A stretch of DNA of 64,000 bases, from assembly GCA_963921275.4 (NCBI GenBank), contig OZ001293.3, positions 6,272,001-6,336,000 on the forward strand, in the 5' to 3' direction. Below the pieces are notes generated by a model. The model was not told the origin of the DNA. It worked only from the letters and a program-made list of their open reading frames with translations, and made no database searches. Both the position numbers and the translations under genes were made by a program. This DNA comes from an uncultured Hormoscilla sp. Lineage in GTDB: Bacteria; Cyanobacteriota; Cyanobacteriia; Cyanobacteriales; Desertifilaceae. Positions 11,483-23,498 of this stretch are shown piece after piece. The number at the start of each line of letters is the position of its first letter. The first letter of the stretch is position 1.

Positions 11483-11526
11483 CACTAGACAGACATGAGG
11501 CAAGATAAAATCATGTCTGTCTAGTG
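11483..11526. repeat. 16-bp perfect inverted repeat (hairpin)
   Basis: CACTAGACAGACATGA-N12-TCATGTCTGTCTAGTG. Confidence 0.7.
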
Positions 11527-11715
11527 GCAGGACAGACATATTGGTCATCGTTGTGCTCGGGGACGGTTTATAATTAAGCTTTATTACAGTTGACAGAACC
11601 AGGTTGACTGGCTGATTCAACTACGATCGCGATCTAGATCGCGACAATACAGGTAATTTACTCGCCCTGATCGAGCAACTGATTGCCACCAACTGCACTG
11701 GCCTTGGAGATATAG

Positions 11716-12100
11716 ATGCTACGATTAGAACATATCAGCAAAATTTACCCTACTGGCGTTGTCCTCAAAGATATTAACTGGGAAGTGAAACCAAGCGATC
11801 GGGTAGGATTGGTAGGCGTCAACGGCTGCGGTAAGTCCACCCAGCTGAAGATTATTACAGGTGAAATCGAACCGACTGCCGGTGAATTGATTAGACCTGC
11901 GGCTCTCCATATAGCTTACCTGACCCAAGAGTTTGATGTTGACCCCGACTATACCCTCCGGGAAGGCGGAAGCTTTGGACTTGGACAAAACCGTGATGGA
12001 TACCATTCACGACGAAGTTCCTGACTGGAAAAATGAGGAAGTCCGTACTCTTTTGGGAAGCTTCCTGTTCAGCGGCGACACGGTCTTTAAGCAGGTGAAA
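11716..12100 (+). pseudogene. ABC-F family ATPase remnant with a large internal deletion
   Basis: Walker A GVNGCGKST of domain 1 is joined near 11965 to a domain-2 segment (AEALDLDKTVMDTIHDEVPDWKNEEVRTLLG), then truncated. Confidence 0.8.
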
Positions 12101-12199
12101 GCGGGCGTATCTAAAGGTTGGGGGAGAACTTTGGGACTGAATGTAAAAGAGTATCAAAGCGTTGATTGACCCAACCCAAGGGAAGGTAGAAGAGATGAT

Positions 12200-12700
12200 T
12201 GAAACCAGTCTCGCTCCAACCTATTCCCACCTCCTTAAAGCGTTGCTGAATCAACCTAGACCATGCACTTTCCACCAGACCAGAACCAAAGGCAACTGCT
12301 CCTGTTCAAAATTGGAATAAGCCACATGCTGACGGTGCTTTTGGAAATATGCTTGTACTTGCGTAAGTATATTCATTGATTCGTCTTTCAAAGTCAAAGT
12401 ATTTACCAGTCGGGTCAACTCCATTAGCACTTGGGTATGTTTGCCATGACCTAGGAGATGTCGCCAGGGTTCAAAGCAAACCTGAGTCGCTTCGGAGTCA
12501 TGCCCCAACCAAGCAGTTGCCCCTCGCCACAGATGACCAGCCCCATGGTAAAAGTCGAGAATACCGATCGCGCAGTGAGCAAAGCACTCTCGCGCTTAGT
12601 CGCCAAAAGCCTACTCCACCGTCCGCCATACCACCTTCGGTGCTTGATCAAGTCCTTGATGCAAGGACTCCCAAAGCAATCGGGGTTTTAAAGTATCGAT
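12200..12700 (-). mobile_element. Transposase remnant, probably ISKra4-like
   Basis: AYFQKHRQHVAYSNFEQEQLP followed by a frameshifted GSG..ES-type segment. Confidence 0.5.
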
Positions 12701-12738
12701 CTCTCCTAACACTGCTACTAATCGTCCTTGGCACAGAC

Positions 12739-13226
12739 GGCTATAAAGCTATTGGGACATCCCATGACACGAGCAAGTTTGCCTGTGACTCAATTAACTA
12801 TTGGTGGCTCACCTATGGTTCTATACTGTATCCGTTGGCAACCTCAATTTTATTATTGTGTGATGGTGGTGGTAGTAACAGCTCTCGCTCTTACCTGTTT
12901 AAAGAAAATCTGCAAAACCTTAGCAACAAGCTAGGCATTGAAATTCGGGTTGCTCATTATCCTCCCTATACCTCTAAGTATAATCCTATTGAACATCGCT
13001 TATTTCCTCATATCAGCCGTGGGTAATCTTCTACAAGGTGGAAACGGCCTCAGACTTGATAGCTACAGCTACAACAAAGACGGGGTTAAAGGTGTTTACA
13101 ACCGTGATTGACAAGGTTTATCAAACAGGAGTGAAAGTTAGCTTAAATTTTAAGGAAACTATGAAAATTGTATTTGACAATTTTCTCCCACAATGGAACT
13201 ATACAGCCTTGCCACAACCGACGTAA
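12739..13226 (+). mobile_element. ISAzo13-family transposase fragment (frameshifted)
   Basis: GTSHDTSKFA, CDGGGSNS, HYPPYTSKYNPIEHRLF, PQWNY motifs. Confidence 0.85.
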
Positions 13227-14063
13227 GGCTATCAACGTAAAGCGGGACAACGTTGCCATAGCGATCGGCTGAAATGCCTGTGGGCTGGAAGCCTAGCCAT
13301 CTAGGGCTGTCCCGCCTTAAGTTGGTAGCCCGACAATGGCTCTCCTGAGTCGAGCGAGGTAAATGTATTGCAGAATACAAATATGGCAGGTGGGAAAGGC
13401 AGCAAACCCTTGATACCAGCGTAAACATAAGTTTTACTTATCACCCCAAACTTAGGAGACTCGATGTAATTTTGGACAAATTATTAAATCCTCAATCCTT
13501 AGTTGTGCATCCGACGGTACCTGCTGACTCCCGGAACAACCTTTCCGACATCGCAGCACTCGCCGTTTCCATTGCACCACTCAAGGGCAGGGTGTGGATT
13601 TGACGCGATCTTTGGGATGATAAGTAAAGCTTATAACCCCTACGATGCACTACAAACCGTAACTTTAAGTAATACGCAGTTTATGGGTAGGGTTGCGATT
13701 GCAATACATTTAGTAATACGTAATCTATCTGGTTATTTGGCAATTATAACGTATAAATATTTATACGTACATGAAGTTTATGGTTCGCTTTCATCACTAA
13801 GGGTTTGTAATCATTACGCAATACACTTTGTCGTGCGGAGGGTCGGTTATAATCACGCCAAATAAAGGGTTTCAACCTTTATTATCTTCGATGTATAAAA
13901 CCATTACATTTTCCACTATAAACCCAGGAGAGCCATTTGTCTAACTACTTATGCTGGTAGCTATATTGGGCAAACAGGCCAGCTTTTTATGTAAATATTT
14001 GCTTTAAATATCTTTAGATTTCGTCACATAAATTAGAACCCTTTTCTAAAAAGGGGCTCTAAT

Positions 14064-15050
14064 ACCATTTTTAGAAAGATGTGATAGACTTAAAAGAAGA
14101 AACTAGAATAGGGTTTTGTTTAGTCAAATATTTACTTTTGTCACGGCCCTTAGCATCTAAGTTTTGTTACACGTTAAAAAAGAAAAAGGAAAAGATATTA
14201 TGTCAGGCAGACCCAAAATAGAAATTACCGAATCAGTAGAACTGCTGAAAGGATTAATGAATAAACAGAAAATAAAATTAGAATATTGCAAAGTTTTGGC
14301 TTTGTATTTATTAAAAAGTGAGCGGGAAAAAACAGTTAGAGGAGTTGCCAAAACTTTGGGCAAGGGCGAAGCAACTATACATCGATGGTTATCTCAATAT
14401 AAAACAGGAGGTATTGAAAATTTATTGTTGAATAGGCAAACAATTGGAAGACCTAAAAAATTTTCTGTAGAAACCGTAGCTAAACTTCAACAGGAATTAC
14501 AGGATACTGAAGGATTTAGTAGCTATAAAGAAATCAAAATTTGGTTAGAATTGATACTAGATATTACCGGCAGTTATGGAGTAGTATACAACTTCGTAAA
14601 ATCAGAGCTTAAAAGTCAATTAAAAATCCCCCAAAAGCATTGAGCAAAGATATGATGCGGTGAATGAATGGAAAAATAATTTAAATAACAGGCTAAAAAC
14701 CTTGCTATCGGCGGCACAAAGAGGGAAATATAAAAAAGTCAGTTTTTGCTGTAGTGATGAAACCAGAATTGGACTCCATACAATAAGCAGAAGAAAAATT
14801 ATCGGGAGTAAAACCTGAAGGAAAAAAACAGATGGTTTATGAAAATTTTTGGTGGTGCAGTAGAGCCAAAATCAGGTAGAAGTTTCTTTTTTGAATTCTC
14901 CCATCTTGATACAGTCTGCTTTGAAAAATTTCTAGAATTGTTTTCACAATCCAGATGAATTATTAATTATTCAAGTAGATAATGCGTCATATTTCTTTAG
15001 AGCTAGAAATTCCCGAGAATATACTTGTTCCAACCATCTTAGGAATGAGG
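14064..15050 (+). mobile_element. Degraded IS630-family element (HTH ORF 14200-14643 plus eroded DDE domain)
   Basis: TIHRWLSQYKTGGIE..GRP HTH; downstream fragments resembling DETRIG, GAVEP, QVDNA. Confidence 0.8.
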
Positions 15051-15156
15051 ATTTAATAATTTGTCAAAATTACGTGGCGTATAGGTAGGGAACGGGGAAC
15101 GGAGGGGGCTCCAGGGGCGATCGCGGTAAGGTTGATCCTGTTGCATTTTAATACTG

Positions 15157-15754
15157 TCATATCCTTCCGATTTGGCGGGGGGCGATCTGGACCCTCAGGG
15201 GATCTAGCAGAGCCTTTTTTCCGTGATGCCTGATTTTTAGTGCTCTGGCAGAGATATCGAATGGCAATGGCATGATGGCGGACACAAGCTTTAACGATAT
15301 TACCTTTGATATTGGCTTTGGCAACAAGAGTACTCTTATGGGCAACGGCAATCCGAACTCAGCTTTGGGAGCAGGAGACTCGACTACAGTCTCATTGATT
15401 CTCGATACCAGTCCTGGTTTCGATGATGCCGCAACTATTGAAACTTGGTTTGAGGATCAATTCAATCAAGGCAACTTGGTGGCGGGAACTCGCTTCAAGG
15501 CTGTCAATGCAGGAGCTGGCAGTGACAAGCTCTTTGGAGGCATAGATAACGTGCCAACAATTGACGCCTCTCCTGGTGGTGAAAATCCTGGTGGTGAAAA
15601 TCCTGGTGGTGAAGTACTGCCGCCAACAGGACCGGGTACGGGTGGCAACGATGATGGACCTGTGAAAATTCCTGAACCCAGCATGATGGCAGCTTTAGGT
15701 CTGTTGGCAGCAGCTGGTGTTTTCGGAGTCGGCAAGAAAAAGAAGAAAATGTAA
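15157..15754 (+). pseudogene. 5'-truncated PEP-CTERM sorting domain protein
   Basis: C-terminus KIPEPSMMAALGLLAAAGVFGVGKKKKK; GGENP repeats; the N-terminus appears lost next to the IS630 remnant. Confidence 0.75.
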
Positions 15755-15839
15755 TCTCTTGATGAAAGTATTGAGGAAGTAATACAATTCGGGTGAGTAG
15801 GGGAACAGCGATATCGCTGTTCCCCTACCTGCCTTAGGA

Positions 15840-16060
15840 GTCCCTCTCGTCCTCTCGTTCCTCTCGTTGGCAGGTTCCTCTCGTTCCTCTCGTTGGCAGG
15901 TTCCTCTCATTCCTCTCGTTGGCAGGTTCCTCTCGTTCCTCTCATTCCCAGGTTCTACCTGGGAATGATTATCAGGAGGCTCTGCCTCTTCCCGATGCCC
16001 AGAGATTACCTCGGAGGCTCTGCCTCGTGCTGGACGTTCCCTGCCAGAGTCAGGGAACGA
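15840..16060. repeat. Short tandem TTCCTCTCG(TTGGCAGG) repeats plus a REP-like palindrome (GAGGCTCTGCCTC family)
   Basis: Directly visible; related palindromes at about 3990-4037 and 27440-27488. Confidence 0.7.
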
Positions 16061-16090
16061 GAGATTGTGGGTAATTACCCGGAGAATATA

Positions 16091-17269
16091 TTACTTCATT
16101 AGTAAAGGCATGGTCTGAGCTTGGCGGAGAGATTGGATAGTGCAGATCGCCTGCTGGGCCACCCGATCGATTTGGTCTTTGGTATTAAAGCGTCCGATAC
16201 CAAAGCGCAGGGAAGCAAAAGCCAATTTTTCATCTCTACCCAGGGCGAGGATCACGTGGGAGGGAGCAATTTTGGTGGAGGTACAAGCGGCACCAGAGGA
16301 AACAGCGACTACGGGTTGCAATCCTAATAATAGGGCCGAACCATCCACGCCTGCAACGCTGACATTCAGGTTTCCCGGGAGTCGGGTTTCGGGATGTCCA
16401 TTCAGATAAATCCCCTCCAACTCACTCAAATGCTGCCATAATCTCTGTCGGAGTTGCCTCAGGCGTTTGGTCTCGGATGGCATTTCCGCAAGTCCTAATT
16501 CTACTGCTGTGGCGAACCCGACAATTTGGGGAGTATAAAGAGTACCAGAACGCATACCCCGTTCGTGTCCGCCCCCATGCAGTTGGGGAGCAATTTTGAC
16601 TCTGGGGTGGCGGCGACGGACGTATAATGCGCCAATGCCTTTGGGTCCGTAAACTTTGTGCGCGGTTAAGGACATTATGTCTATCTGCATGCTTTCCACG
16701 TCTAGAGGTATTTTCCCGATCGCCTGTGCTGCGTCGGTATGGAAAAGCGATTCATGGTGACGACAGAGTGCGCCTATTTCCGCCAAAGGTTGGATAACGC
16801 CAATTTCATTATTGGCCGCCATGACAGAAACCAGAATAGTATCGGGACGGAAAGTTTTTTCCAGTTGAGAGATGTCGATTAAGCCATCCCTGCGGACAGG
16901 GAGATAAGTGACTTCAAACCCCAGGGACTCCAGGTATTTGCAGGGGTCGAGAACTGCGTTATGCTCTGTTTCCAGAGTAATAATGTGACGCCCTTTACTA
17001 AAATAGGCTTCAGCCACTCCTTTAATGGCCAAATTGTTGGCTTCCGTCGCGCCGCTAGTGAAGACGATCTCTTCTGGGGTGCCGTGAATGGCGTCGGCGA
17101 TGGTTTGGCGAGACTTTTTGACAGCTGCTTCAGCTTCCCAACCGTAAGCATGGGTAATGCTGGCGGGGTTGCCAAAATGTTCCGTGAAATAGGGTAGCAT
17201 GGCCCCTAACACCCGATCGTCTAGGGGGGTAGTGGCGTGACAGTCCAGATAGATGGGACGAGTAGACAT
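16091..17269 (-). CDS. iscS: Cysteine desulfurase (IscS/NifS-like)
   Basis: IYLDCHATTP, FTSGATEANN, HTDAAQ, TAHKVYGPKG, SSGAACTS. Confidence 0.9.
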   Translation of the reverse strand: MSTRPIYLDCHATTPLDDRVLGAMLPYFTEHFGNPASITHAYGWEAEAAVKKSRQTIADAIHGTPEEIVFTSGATEANNLAIKGVAEAYFSKGRHIITLETEHNAVLDPCKYLESLGFEVTYLPVRRDGLIDISQLEKTFRPDTILVSVMAANNEIGVIQPLAEIGALCRHHESLFHTDAAQAIGKIPLDVESMQIDIMSLTAHKVYGPKGIGALYVRRRHPRVKIAPQLHGGGHERGMRSGTLYTPQIVGFATAVELGLAEMPSETKRLRQLRQRLWQHLSELEGIYLNGHPETRLPGNLNVSVAGVDGSALLLGLQPVVAVSSGAACTSTKIAPSHVILALGRDEKLAFASLRFGIGRFNTKDQIDRVAQQAICTIQSLRQAQTMPLLMK

Positions 17270-17479
17270 GGTTAGTGATTGACGAGTTGACAGATTTTTT
17301 TCAATATTCTCAGAACTATACAATTTATTTCTCGATTGGTCTCATGACCCCCAGGGAGTTCCAATCTCCTCTCTTCGCTGTCAGCCCGCAGTCAGTCCGC
17401 AGGGGATCTTGACCCCTGCTAATAGCTAAAGTCGGTTTCAACCGACTAATACCATAATGCGGTCAGGACGCTATTAAGG

Positions 17480-18124
17480 TCAAGCCTGGGTATTTGAGCT
17501 GACGAGGTGACTGAGTTTTTTCAAGATTTTCATAACAGTATACAATTCATTCTCACGATGATTGGAGAGTATGAACTCATCGGATAAAGCATACCGAGGG
17601 TTTTCTTGCTTGGATAGCTTGATAAACAAGAAATTATTGCCATTAGTCACCATGCCAAAAACTGTGGGAGATGAATGGGGGTTTGCCATCATATAGAATA
17701 AGGCTTGGGGGATGCCGTTGAGCAAGGATAAGCCGGCGTTTTTGGATTCGATCGTCAGTAACCATAAATGGTCTTGCAACACGACGATATCAAGGCGACC
17801 GCGCACGATTTCATCTTCGTCTGCTACAGCAAGCTCAACTGTCTGTTCATCTAGGATATCAAAGGGAAGTTGATAGAAATCAGTCCAGACTAGCATGGGA
17901 CCGAGTACGGTCATTTTCACCATGTTTTCCGAGATTTGGCGGCGCTTAACCAAGCTGATATAGTTGAGTTTGACTCTGTCTAGCGCTTGTTTTTCCAAAT
18001 CAGTGATGTCCGGCAGGTTCTCGTTCCACTCGGGAAAGAATTGTTCATCTTCAGTCTGGGTGAGGCCAAATTTGCTTTCAACATCAATGATGTTCAGTTT
18101 TTGGGCAGGGATTACTTCTACCAT
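17480..18124 (-). CDS. HsdR N-terminal-like PD-(D/E)XK protein (paralog of 9646-10269)
   Basis: GRLDIV...IESK...PQALFYM...VTNGNN. Confidence 0.8.
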   Translation of the reverse strand: MVEVIPAQKLNIIDVESKFGLTQTEDEQFFPEWNENLPDITDLEKQALDRVKLNYISLVKRRQISENMVKMTVLGPMLVWTDFYQLPFDILDEQTVELAVADEDEIVRGRLDIVVLQDHLWLLTIESKNAGLSLLNGIPQALFYMMANPHSSPTVFGMVTNGNNFLFIKLSKQENPRYALSDEFILSNHRENELYTVMKILKKLSHLVSSNTQA

Positions 18125-18337
18125 AGTAAGATAACTCCGATCGCATCTACATTAGATTGTATCACATCTTGACTGAGATAGCATAGCTAGGAAAACAAAA
18201 CCGACAGTGTTTATAAATTTTGGCCCAAAATGTGCTTGACAATTTACAAGTTTATGTTCATAATAAATTTATTGGCTATCAAGTAGAGATGCAGGCGTCG
18301 CGTCTCTACCTTTCTGGCGGGAATTGTTAGGTGAAAA

Positions 18338-18682
18338 TTATTGGATGGCAAACTCGGTGTACTTGCGCATGGAGGGAGGATAAAATGCTAAGACTATGTC
18401 TTGCTTGGGAACTCCCAATTCTAGTAAGGCATTGGCAATTCCGTCTTCCGTGCCATCCTGGTGAATCCAGATTTTACCATCTTTAATTGCTAAATGTAGC
18501 ACGCAACCATAGTTACGCATCTCGCGTTTCGTCCACCCCACATGTACTAACTGATAGCGATCGCGTTGGCTATCGAATATCAGTTGCTTCTCAAATTCGC
18601 ATTCGGTAGAGTTAGGGGCCGATCGCTGCACCTTTTCTGTGAGTAGCTGTTGAATGTACTGCCGATACTGTTCTACTGCCAT
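18338..18682 (-). CDS. xisI: XisI family protein
   Basis: YQLVHVGW, GKIWIHQDGTEDGIA, GVPKQDIVLAF. Confidence 0.9.
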   Translation of the reverse strand: MAVEQYRQYIQQLLTEKVQRSAPNSTECEFEKQLIFDSQRDRYQLVHVGWTKREMRNYGCVLHLAIKDGKIWIHQDGTEDGIANALLELGVPKQDIVLAFYPPSMRKYTEFAIQ

Positions 18683-19083
18683 AGAGTAATCTCCTCCCGA
18701 TCTGGATCGTAAATCACAAGACGCAACTGACTGCGTCGAACGGCAGTTTGAATGAACTGCAAGCTGAAAAAATATGCGTATATTTTCACTGTAACTGCAA
18801 GGTACAGCACCCGTTCTGGATCTTTTTCTGACAAAGCATAGAGATAATCTATGTATTGCCCGTGTGCGGTAGGGAACTCGGAAATAAGCGATCGACCGAG
18901 AAAGCTTTTGATTTCAACGGCGATTCTACTGTCGTCCCGTTCTGCACCAATAAGTTGCTCTGCTCCCAAATCGATGTACATTTCCACACCACCCACGGCG
19001 ATTTCATAGGGGTCGTGGGTGATGGTCCAACCATCCTTCTCGAGTGCAACTTTCACGGCATCATGAAAGATGTCTTTGGCCAT
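18673..19083 (-). CDS. xisH: XisH family protein
   Basis: MAKDIFHDAVKVALEKDGWTITHDP, IDLGAE, IAVEIKSF. Confidence 0.9.
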   Translation of the reverse strand: MAKDIFHDAVKVALEKDGWTITHDPYEIAVGGVEMYIDLGAEQLIGAERDDSRIAVEIKSFLGRSLISEFPTAHGQYIDYLYALSEKDPERVLYLAVTVKIYAYFFSLQFIQTAVRRSQLRLVIYDPDREEITLWQ

Positions 19084-19103
19084 GTCTTATCTGCTGCATC
19101 TAC

Positions 19104-19250
19104 TAACTCAAGTTGCTACCTATTAAAATTGCTACGTCCCAGACAGCCATTTTTTGCAAATATATCCGAAAAAATGCCATTTTGGGGTAAGTCACAAGGC
19201 ATTTTTTGCTGATTTTGGTGTTGAGGTTCTATAGGTAGCAACTTAGGTTA
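19104..19250. mobile_element. 147-bp MITE with 20-bp terminal inverted repeats
   Basis: TAACTCAAGTTGCTACCTAT ... ATAGGTAGCAACTTAGGTTA; inverted half-copy at 36140-36224. Confidence 0.75.
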
Positions 19251-19612
19251 CTATATTTATTGTATCTCATCTTAGCGGCGCATCTCATATTTGCAAAAAT
19301 ATTAATGTCGTAGGTTTGGTTGAGGCACGAAAACCGGGTATGGTCTTGCACCAGTTGGTAAGTGAATTTGCATACATATTATCCACCTGTAGGGGCGAAG
19401 CATTTGGGCGATAACATCAGAAACAAACCGATAATTTATATTCCCAAATGCTTCGTCCTATACCTCATCGGCAAGCCTACCGTACAATGTCATGACGCAA
19501 TTTAAGGGCGATCTGGATATGATTGAAAACAGCCTCTTAGCCTCCTTCCCTGGCTCCCGCAGGCTCCCGCCTGGGGCTGACTAGATATGGCGAATAAATA
19601 TGTTCGCCTTCC

Positions 19613-21036
19613 TCACGGTTCCTTGACCACTAAACAACGAGCTATCATATCGTGAAGGGCTTGCTTCTTTGTTGTCTCTTCCGCCATGACGAAACCAACA
19701 ATAATTATTGCAGAAATATTTTTACCCCAAAACCTGCCATTTGCTCGATCAAACGAAATGCGATCGCTTTTTAAATCAGTCACGGCTAGTCCCATAATCC
19801 TTTTGCCAAAAGTTCCTCTCAGAGTCGAACTCTCCAGCAAAGTAAAGTAAAGCCACTGCAAAACCACATATAGTATACCATATATAACAATAATTATCAT
19901 TCCTTCCTCCCACCCGTAACTACTTATCATCCAGATATGGAAAACAAGAAGCCCAAAAAATCCCCCGACTGTTCCTAATACTGTCAAAGTACCTATCACC
20001 AAAAATGCCTCCTCTAGATATGAAAAAATATCAACCAATATAAGAGGTATACCTAATACGCAGCCTAGAACAAATCCAGAGATACCCAAAATTACCATAT
20101 CTAGGAGATAAGCTGCAAAACGACGCCAAAATACCGCATACTCAGGCTGATACAACTCCCGATCGATCTCCTGCAACCGTTCCAGAATCACCTGAGTATT
20201 GGCAGGGCGCTGACTGGCTTTAGCCGCCATCATTTGATCTATTAAATCTGCAAGCTGAGGCGAAATGTAGGAGCATAATTGCGCCAACGTAACTCATTGT
20301 TGTAATGGTCATAAATATCTGTGTCAGTCGGTTGCTTGCCAGTCAGCAGATATACAAAGGTGCGCCCCAAGGCAAAGAAATCCGATGCTAGCACAGCATA
20401 ACTCCGTTCTTGCTCCGGTGCAGCGTAGCCAGCAGTATAGATACTCGTGCTTCTGCCTCCACTCATGATTGTTCCCGTGACTTGCCGCACCGCACCAAAA
20501 TCAATCAACACCAGATGGCCATTTGCCCTGAGCATGATATTGGATGGCTTAATATCCCGATGAAAAAACTGCCGCTGATGCACTTCATGCAAAACTTCCG
20601 CCACCTTGGTCAGCCATTCAAGTGCTAATCTTTGATCTATGGGGCGATTTTGCCGACCTTGGAGATATTCCTCCAAATTCAGCCCTTCGATTTTCTCCAT
20701 CACCAAGCAGTGCAGCGGTTCTTGGCTGTCTCTGGGAAAGAAAGTAAAGTCCATCTCTCCTTTAGGAATCCCTGGATGATTCAACTGACTTAGGACTCGC
20801 GCCTCTTGCTGAAATAACTCTACAGCCTTGGGGATAGGATTCGTCAATACCTTGAGAACTTTGGGGGTATCGTCGCGAGTCACTTCATAGGTATTGCCAA
20901 AGCCACCTTTGCCACTCAGCAACCGAGTTACCCGGTAGCGCCCTGCTAGCAGCAATTCTGATCCGCAGGCTTGGCAAAACAGGAAATTGTCAGGATTTTG
21001 GGGATTTCGGCATCTGGGGTTAATGCAGATAGACAT
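19613..21036 (-). pseudogene. Pkn2-type Ser/Thr kinase with C-terminal RDD domain, frameshifted near 20270
   Basis: CINPRC zinc ribbon, GKGGFG, HRDIKPSN, DFG, APE; second frame has LADLIDQMM...FWRRFAAYLLD...QALHD. Confidence 0.85.
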
Positions 21037-21189
21037 GGCGTTAGCTCGTTAAAGTTATTTTTTTACTATACCCTCGATTGCGGGGAACTTTTACAAACTG
21101 ACTGCCGCACTTGTCGGTCCCCTCCTTTTCCTTAGTCGGTTAAAACTTTCGATCTTGCACCATTGTCAATTAGTCAATTAGTCTCCTGG

Positions 21190-21410
21190 CCCGCCGTGGG
21201 TTAAAACCCACGGCTAAGAGCTCAAGTGGGTTTTAACCCACTGAAAGCATTGTCAGATGCGGATTTATTTAGCCCACGCTTTGTGGACTTGACTCCTTGC
21301 GGGGGCGGGCCATGAGACTAATCGAACTGATTTTCTCGACAATGTTTGCAGTCGGTTTCAACCGACTTTAGCTATTAGCCGGAGGTTTGAACCCCCGGCG
21401 GGCTTTAGCT
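21190..21410. repeat. Cluster of REP-like palindromes
   Basis: CCGTGGGTTAAAACCCACGG, AGTGGGTTTTAACCCACT, AGTCGGTTTCAACCGACT (the last also at about 17430). Confidence 0.7.
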
Positions 21411-21546
21411 TGTGACCACCCATGTCGCTCAAGTATCCCATCTGTAGGATAATGGATAAGGTCGAATGTTCCCAGGCTCCCGTCGGGGAACGAGAAGTAT
21501 TGTTAGATACAGATGTCCTAACTAGATTGGCGATCGTCAACGGGAA

Positions 21547-23277
21547 ATGATAGTATCAGAGATCGAACCCCTACCCCCAGAAGTAGTGCATCTCATTGCT
21601 GCCAGTGAGGTGATAGACTCCATGGCAGCAGTGGTGCGAGAATTGGTGGAAAACTCCCTGGATGCGGGGGCGACCCGGATCGCGATCGCCCTAGAACCCG
21701 AGACCTGGGGAGTGACGGTGGCGGATAATGGCTGGGGGATGGACAAGGATAACTTGCGACAAGCGGCAACGGCCCACAGCACGAGTAAAATCCATCACTG
21801 CGATGACCTGTGGAAAATTACCAGTTTGGGGTTTCGCGGGGAAGCTTTGCATAGTATCGCCCAGTTGGCAGAGTTAGAGATTTGCAGTCGCCCGGCATCG
21901 GGAACTGAGGGGTGGCGGATCTCCTACAATGCTTTGGGAGAACCGATGCAAGAAGAAAGAGTGGCGATCGCCCCCGGGACGATAGTATGCGTGGACAACC
22001 TGTTTGGGACGCGGGCGATCGGTCGCCAAGGATTGCTATCTCCGGCGCAAGAGTTACGGCAAGTGCAAAATACGATCCATCAAATCGCCCTGTGCCATCC
22101 CCACGTGACCTGGCAGGTGAAGCAGTCAGAAAGATGTTTGTTGACCATCAGTCCGGGTGCCACGGCGAAAGCAGTTATGCCCCAGTTGTTGCGGAACGTC
22201 CACTGGCATGACTTGCAACAGTTGCTGGTGGAAGTGCCGCCGCCAGAAAGCGAGACAGAGGAGAACCCGGTGTCTGGAGCATGCCGAGTCCTTCAGGACA
22301 AGAGCATGCGGAAGACGCCGCAAGGCAAAATTCAGTTGGTAATTGGATTGCCAGACAGGTGCCATCGGCGGCGTCCAGATTGGGTCAAAGTGGCGACCAA
22401 TGGACGAATCGTTAAATCCCCAGAGTTAGAGCAAACTATATTAGCAGCTTTCGGACGCACCTTGCCGCGCGATCGCTACCCGGTCTGCTTCCTACATCTG
22501 TTAATTTCGCCCAAATTCATCGACTGGAACCGCCATCCTGCCAAAACCCAAATCTACTTACACGAACTAGAATACTGGCAAGCACAAATTCAAGGGGCGA
22601 TCGAACAAGCATTGCGCCTGACTCCGGAGAATTTACCTGTAGGGTTCCATCAAGAACGGGTAGGAAAACTGATCGCAAATTCTGGCGCTGAAATTGATTA
22701 TAGTCTCGCAACTGAGAACCCCTCCGATACCTCATTCCTGGAACTGCGAGCGATCGCCCAGGTTCGCAATACCTATATTGTAGCAGAACATCCCGGGGGC
22801 ATGTGGTTAGTAGAACAGCATATTGCCCACGAACGAATTCTGTACGAAAAGTTGCGCGATCGGTGGCTGCTTATGGACTTAGAACCACCGGTAATACTCT
22901 CTCAATTAACGGCTGCCCAACTAGAACAACTAGGGCGTTTAGAGATCGAAGTCGAACCCTTTGGGGAGCAAATTTGGGCAGTCCGCAGCGCCCCAGAAAT
23001 GCTGCACAAACGAGAAGATTGTGCAGATGCGATCGTGGAACTGAGTTTAGGAGGGGACTTACAAGCAGCGCAAGTTGCGACTGCTTGTCGGAGTGCCATC
23101 CGCAATGGAACTCCTCTGACTTTACCAGAAATGCAAAGCATTTTAGACCAATGGAAATGCACGCGCAACCCGCGCACCTGTCCCCACGGACGCCCGATTT
23201 ACCTATCATTAGAAGAAACTGCTTTGGCCCGTTTCTTCCGGCGTCATTGGGTGATTGGCAAGAGTCATGGAATTTAA
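21547..23277 (+). CDS. mutL: DNA mismatch repair protein MutL
   Basis: RELVENSLDAGA, HSTSK, GFRGEAL, EQHIAHER, ACRSAI, CPHGRP. Confidence 0.97.
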   Translation: MIVSEIEPLPPEVVHLIAASEVIDSMAAVVRELVENSLDAGATRIAIALEPETWGVTVADNGWGMDKDNLRQAATAHSTSKIHHCDDLWKITSLGFRGEALHSIAQLAELEICSRPASGTEGWRISYNALGEPMQEERVAIAPGTIVCVDNLFGTRAIGRQGLLSPAQELRQVQNTIHQIALCHPHVTWQVKQSERCLLTISPGATAKAVMPQLLRNVHWHDLQQLLVEVPPPESETEENPVSGACRVLQDKSMRKTPQGKIQLVIGLPDRCHRRRPDWVKVATNGRIVKSPELEQTILAAFGRTLPRDRYPVCFLHLLISPKFIDWNRHPAKTQIYLHELEYWQAQIQGAIEQALRLTPENLPVGFHQERVGKLIANSGAEIDYSLATENPSDTSFLELRAIAQVRNTYIVAEHPGGMWLVEQHIAHERILYEKLRDRWLLMDLEPPVILSQLTAAQLEQLGRLEIEVEPFGEQIWAVRSAPEMLHKREDCADAIVELSLGGDLQAAQVATACRSAIRNGTPLTLPEMQSILDQWKCTRNPRTCPHGRPIYLSLEETALARFFRRHWVIGKSHGI

Positions 23278-23498
23278 TTGTTAATTGCGATTTGGCGCAA
23301 ACACTGCAAAATCCTGAGAACGTCATATAACTCATTTCCAGGATTTCGGGTAATAAACACTTTAGATGTCGCGTACTGAGGAGGTTCTCCCTTAACCTGC
23401 CATTCCCTGAAAAATTGGTCATCTTTGACAAATTGAATCCCAAAGGTGGCGATCGAGTAGCGCAGGTCTATATTTTGAGCGGAAACTGTTTCAACCAT
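23274..23498 (-). pseudogene. HsdR-N-like paralog with the nuclease core deleted in frame
   Basis: N-terminus (MVETVSAQ...DDQFFREWQ) joined directly to C-terminus (PQYATS...NELYDVLRIL); compare 17480-18124. Confidence 0.75.

Noticed and set aside
18338..19083. fdxN-type excision element
   Set aside because: No XisF recombinase or interrupted nif/fdx gene; solitary xisHI pairs are common.
21370..21410. tRNA-like GGAGGTTTGAACCCCC
   Set aside because: No cloverleaf; the motif recurs near 50626 as part of a REP-like repeat. No tRNA or rRNA was recognised in the window.
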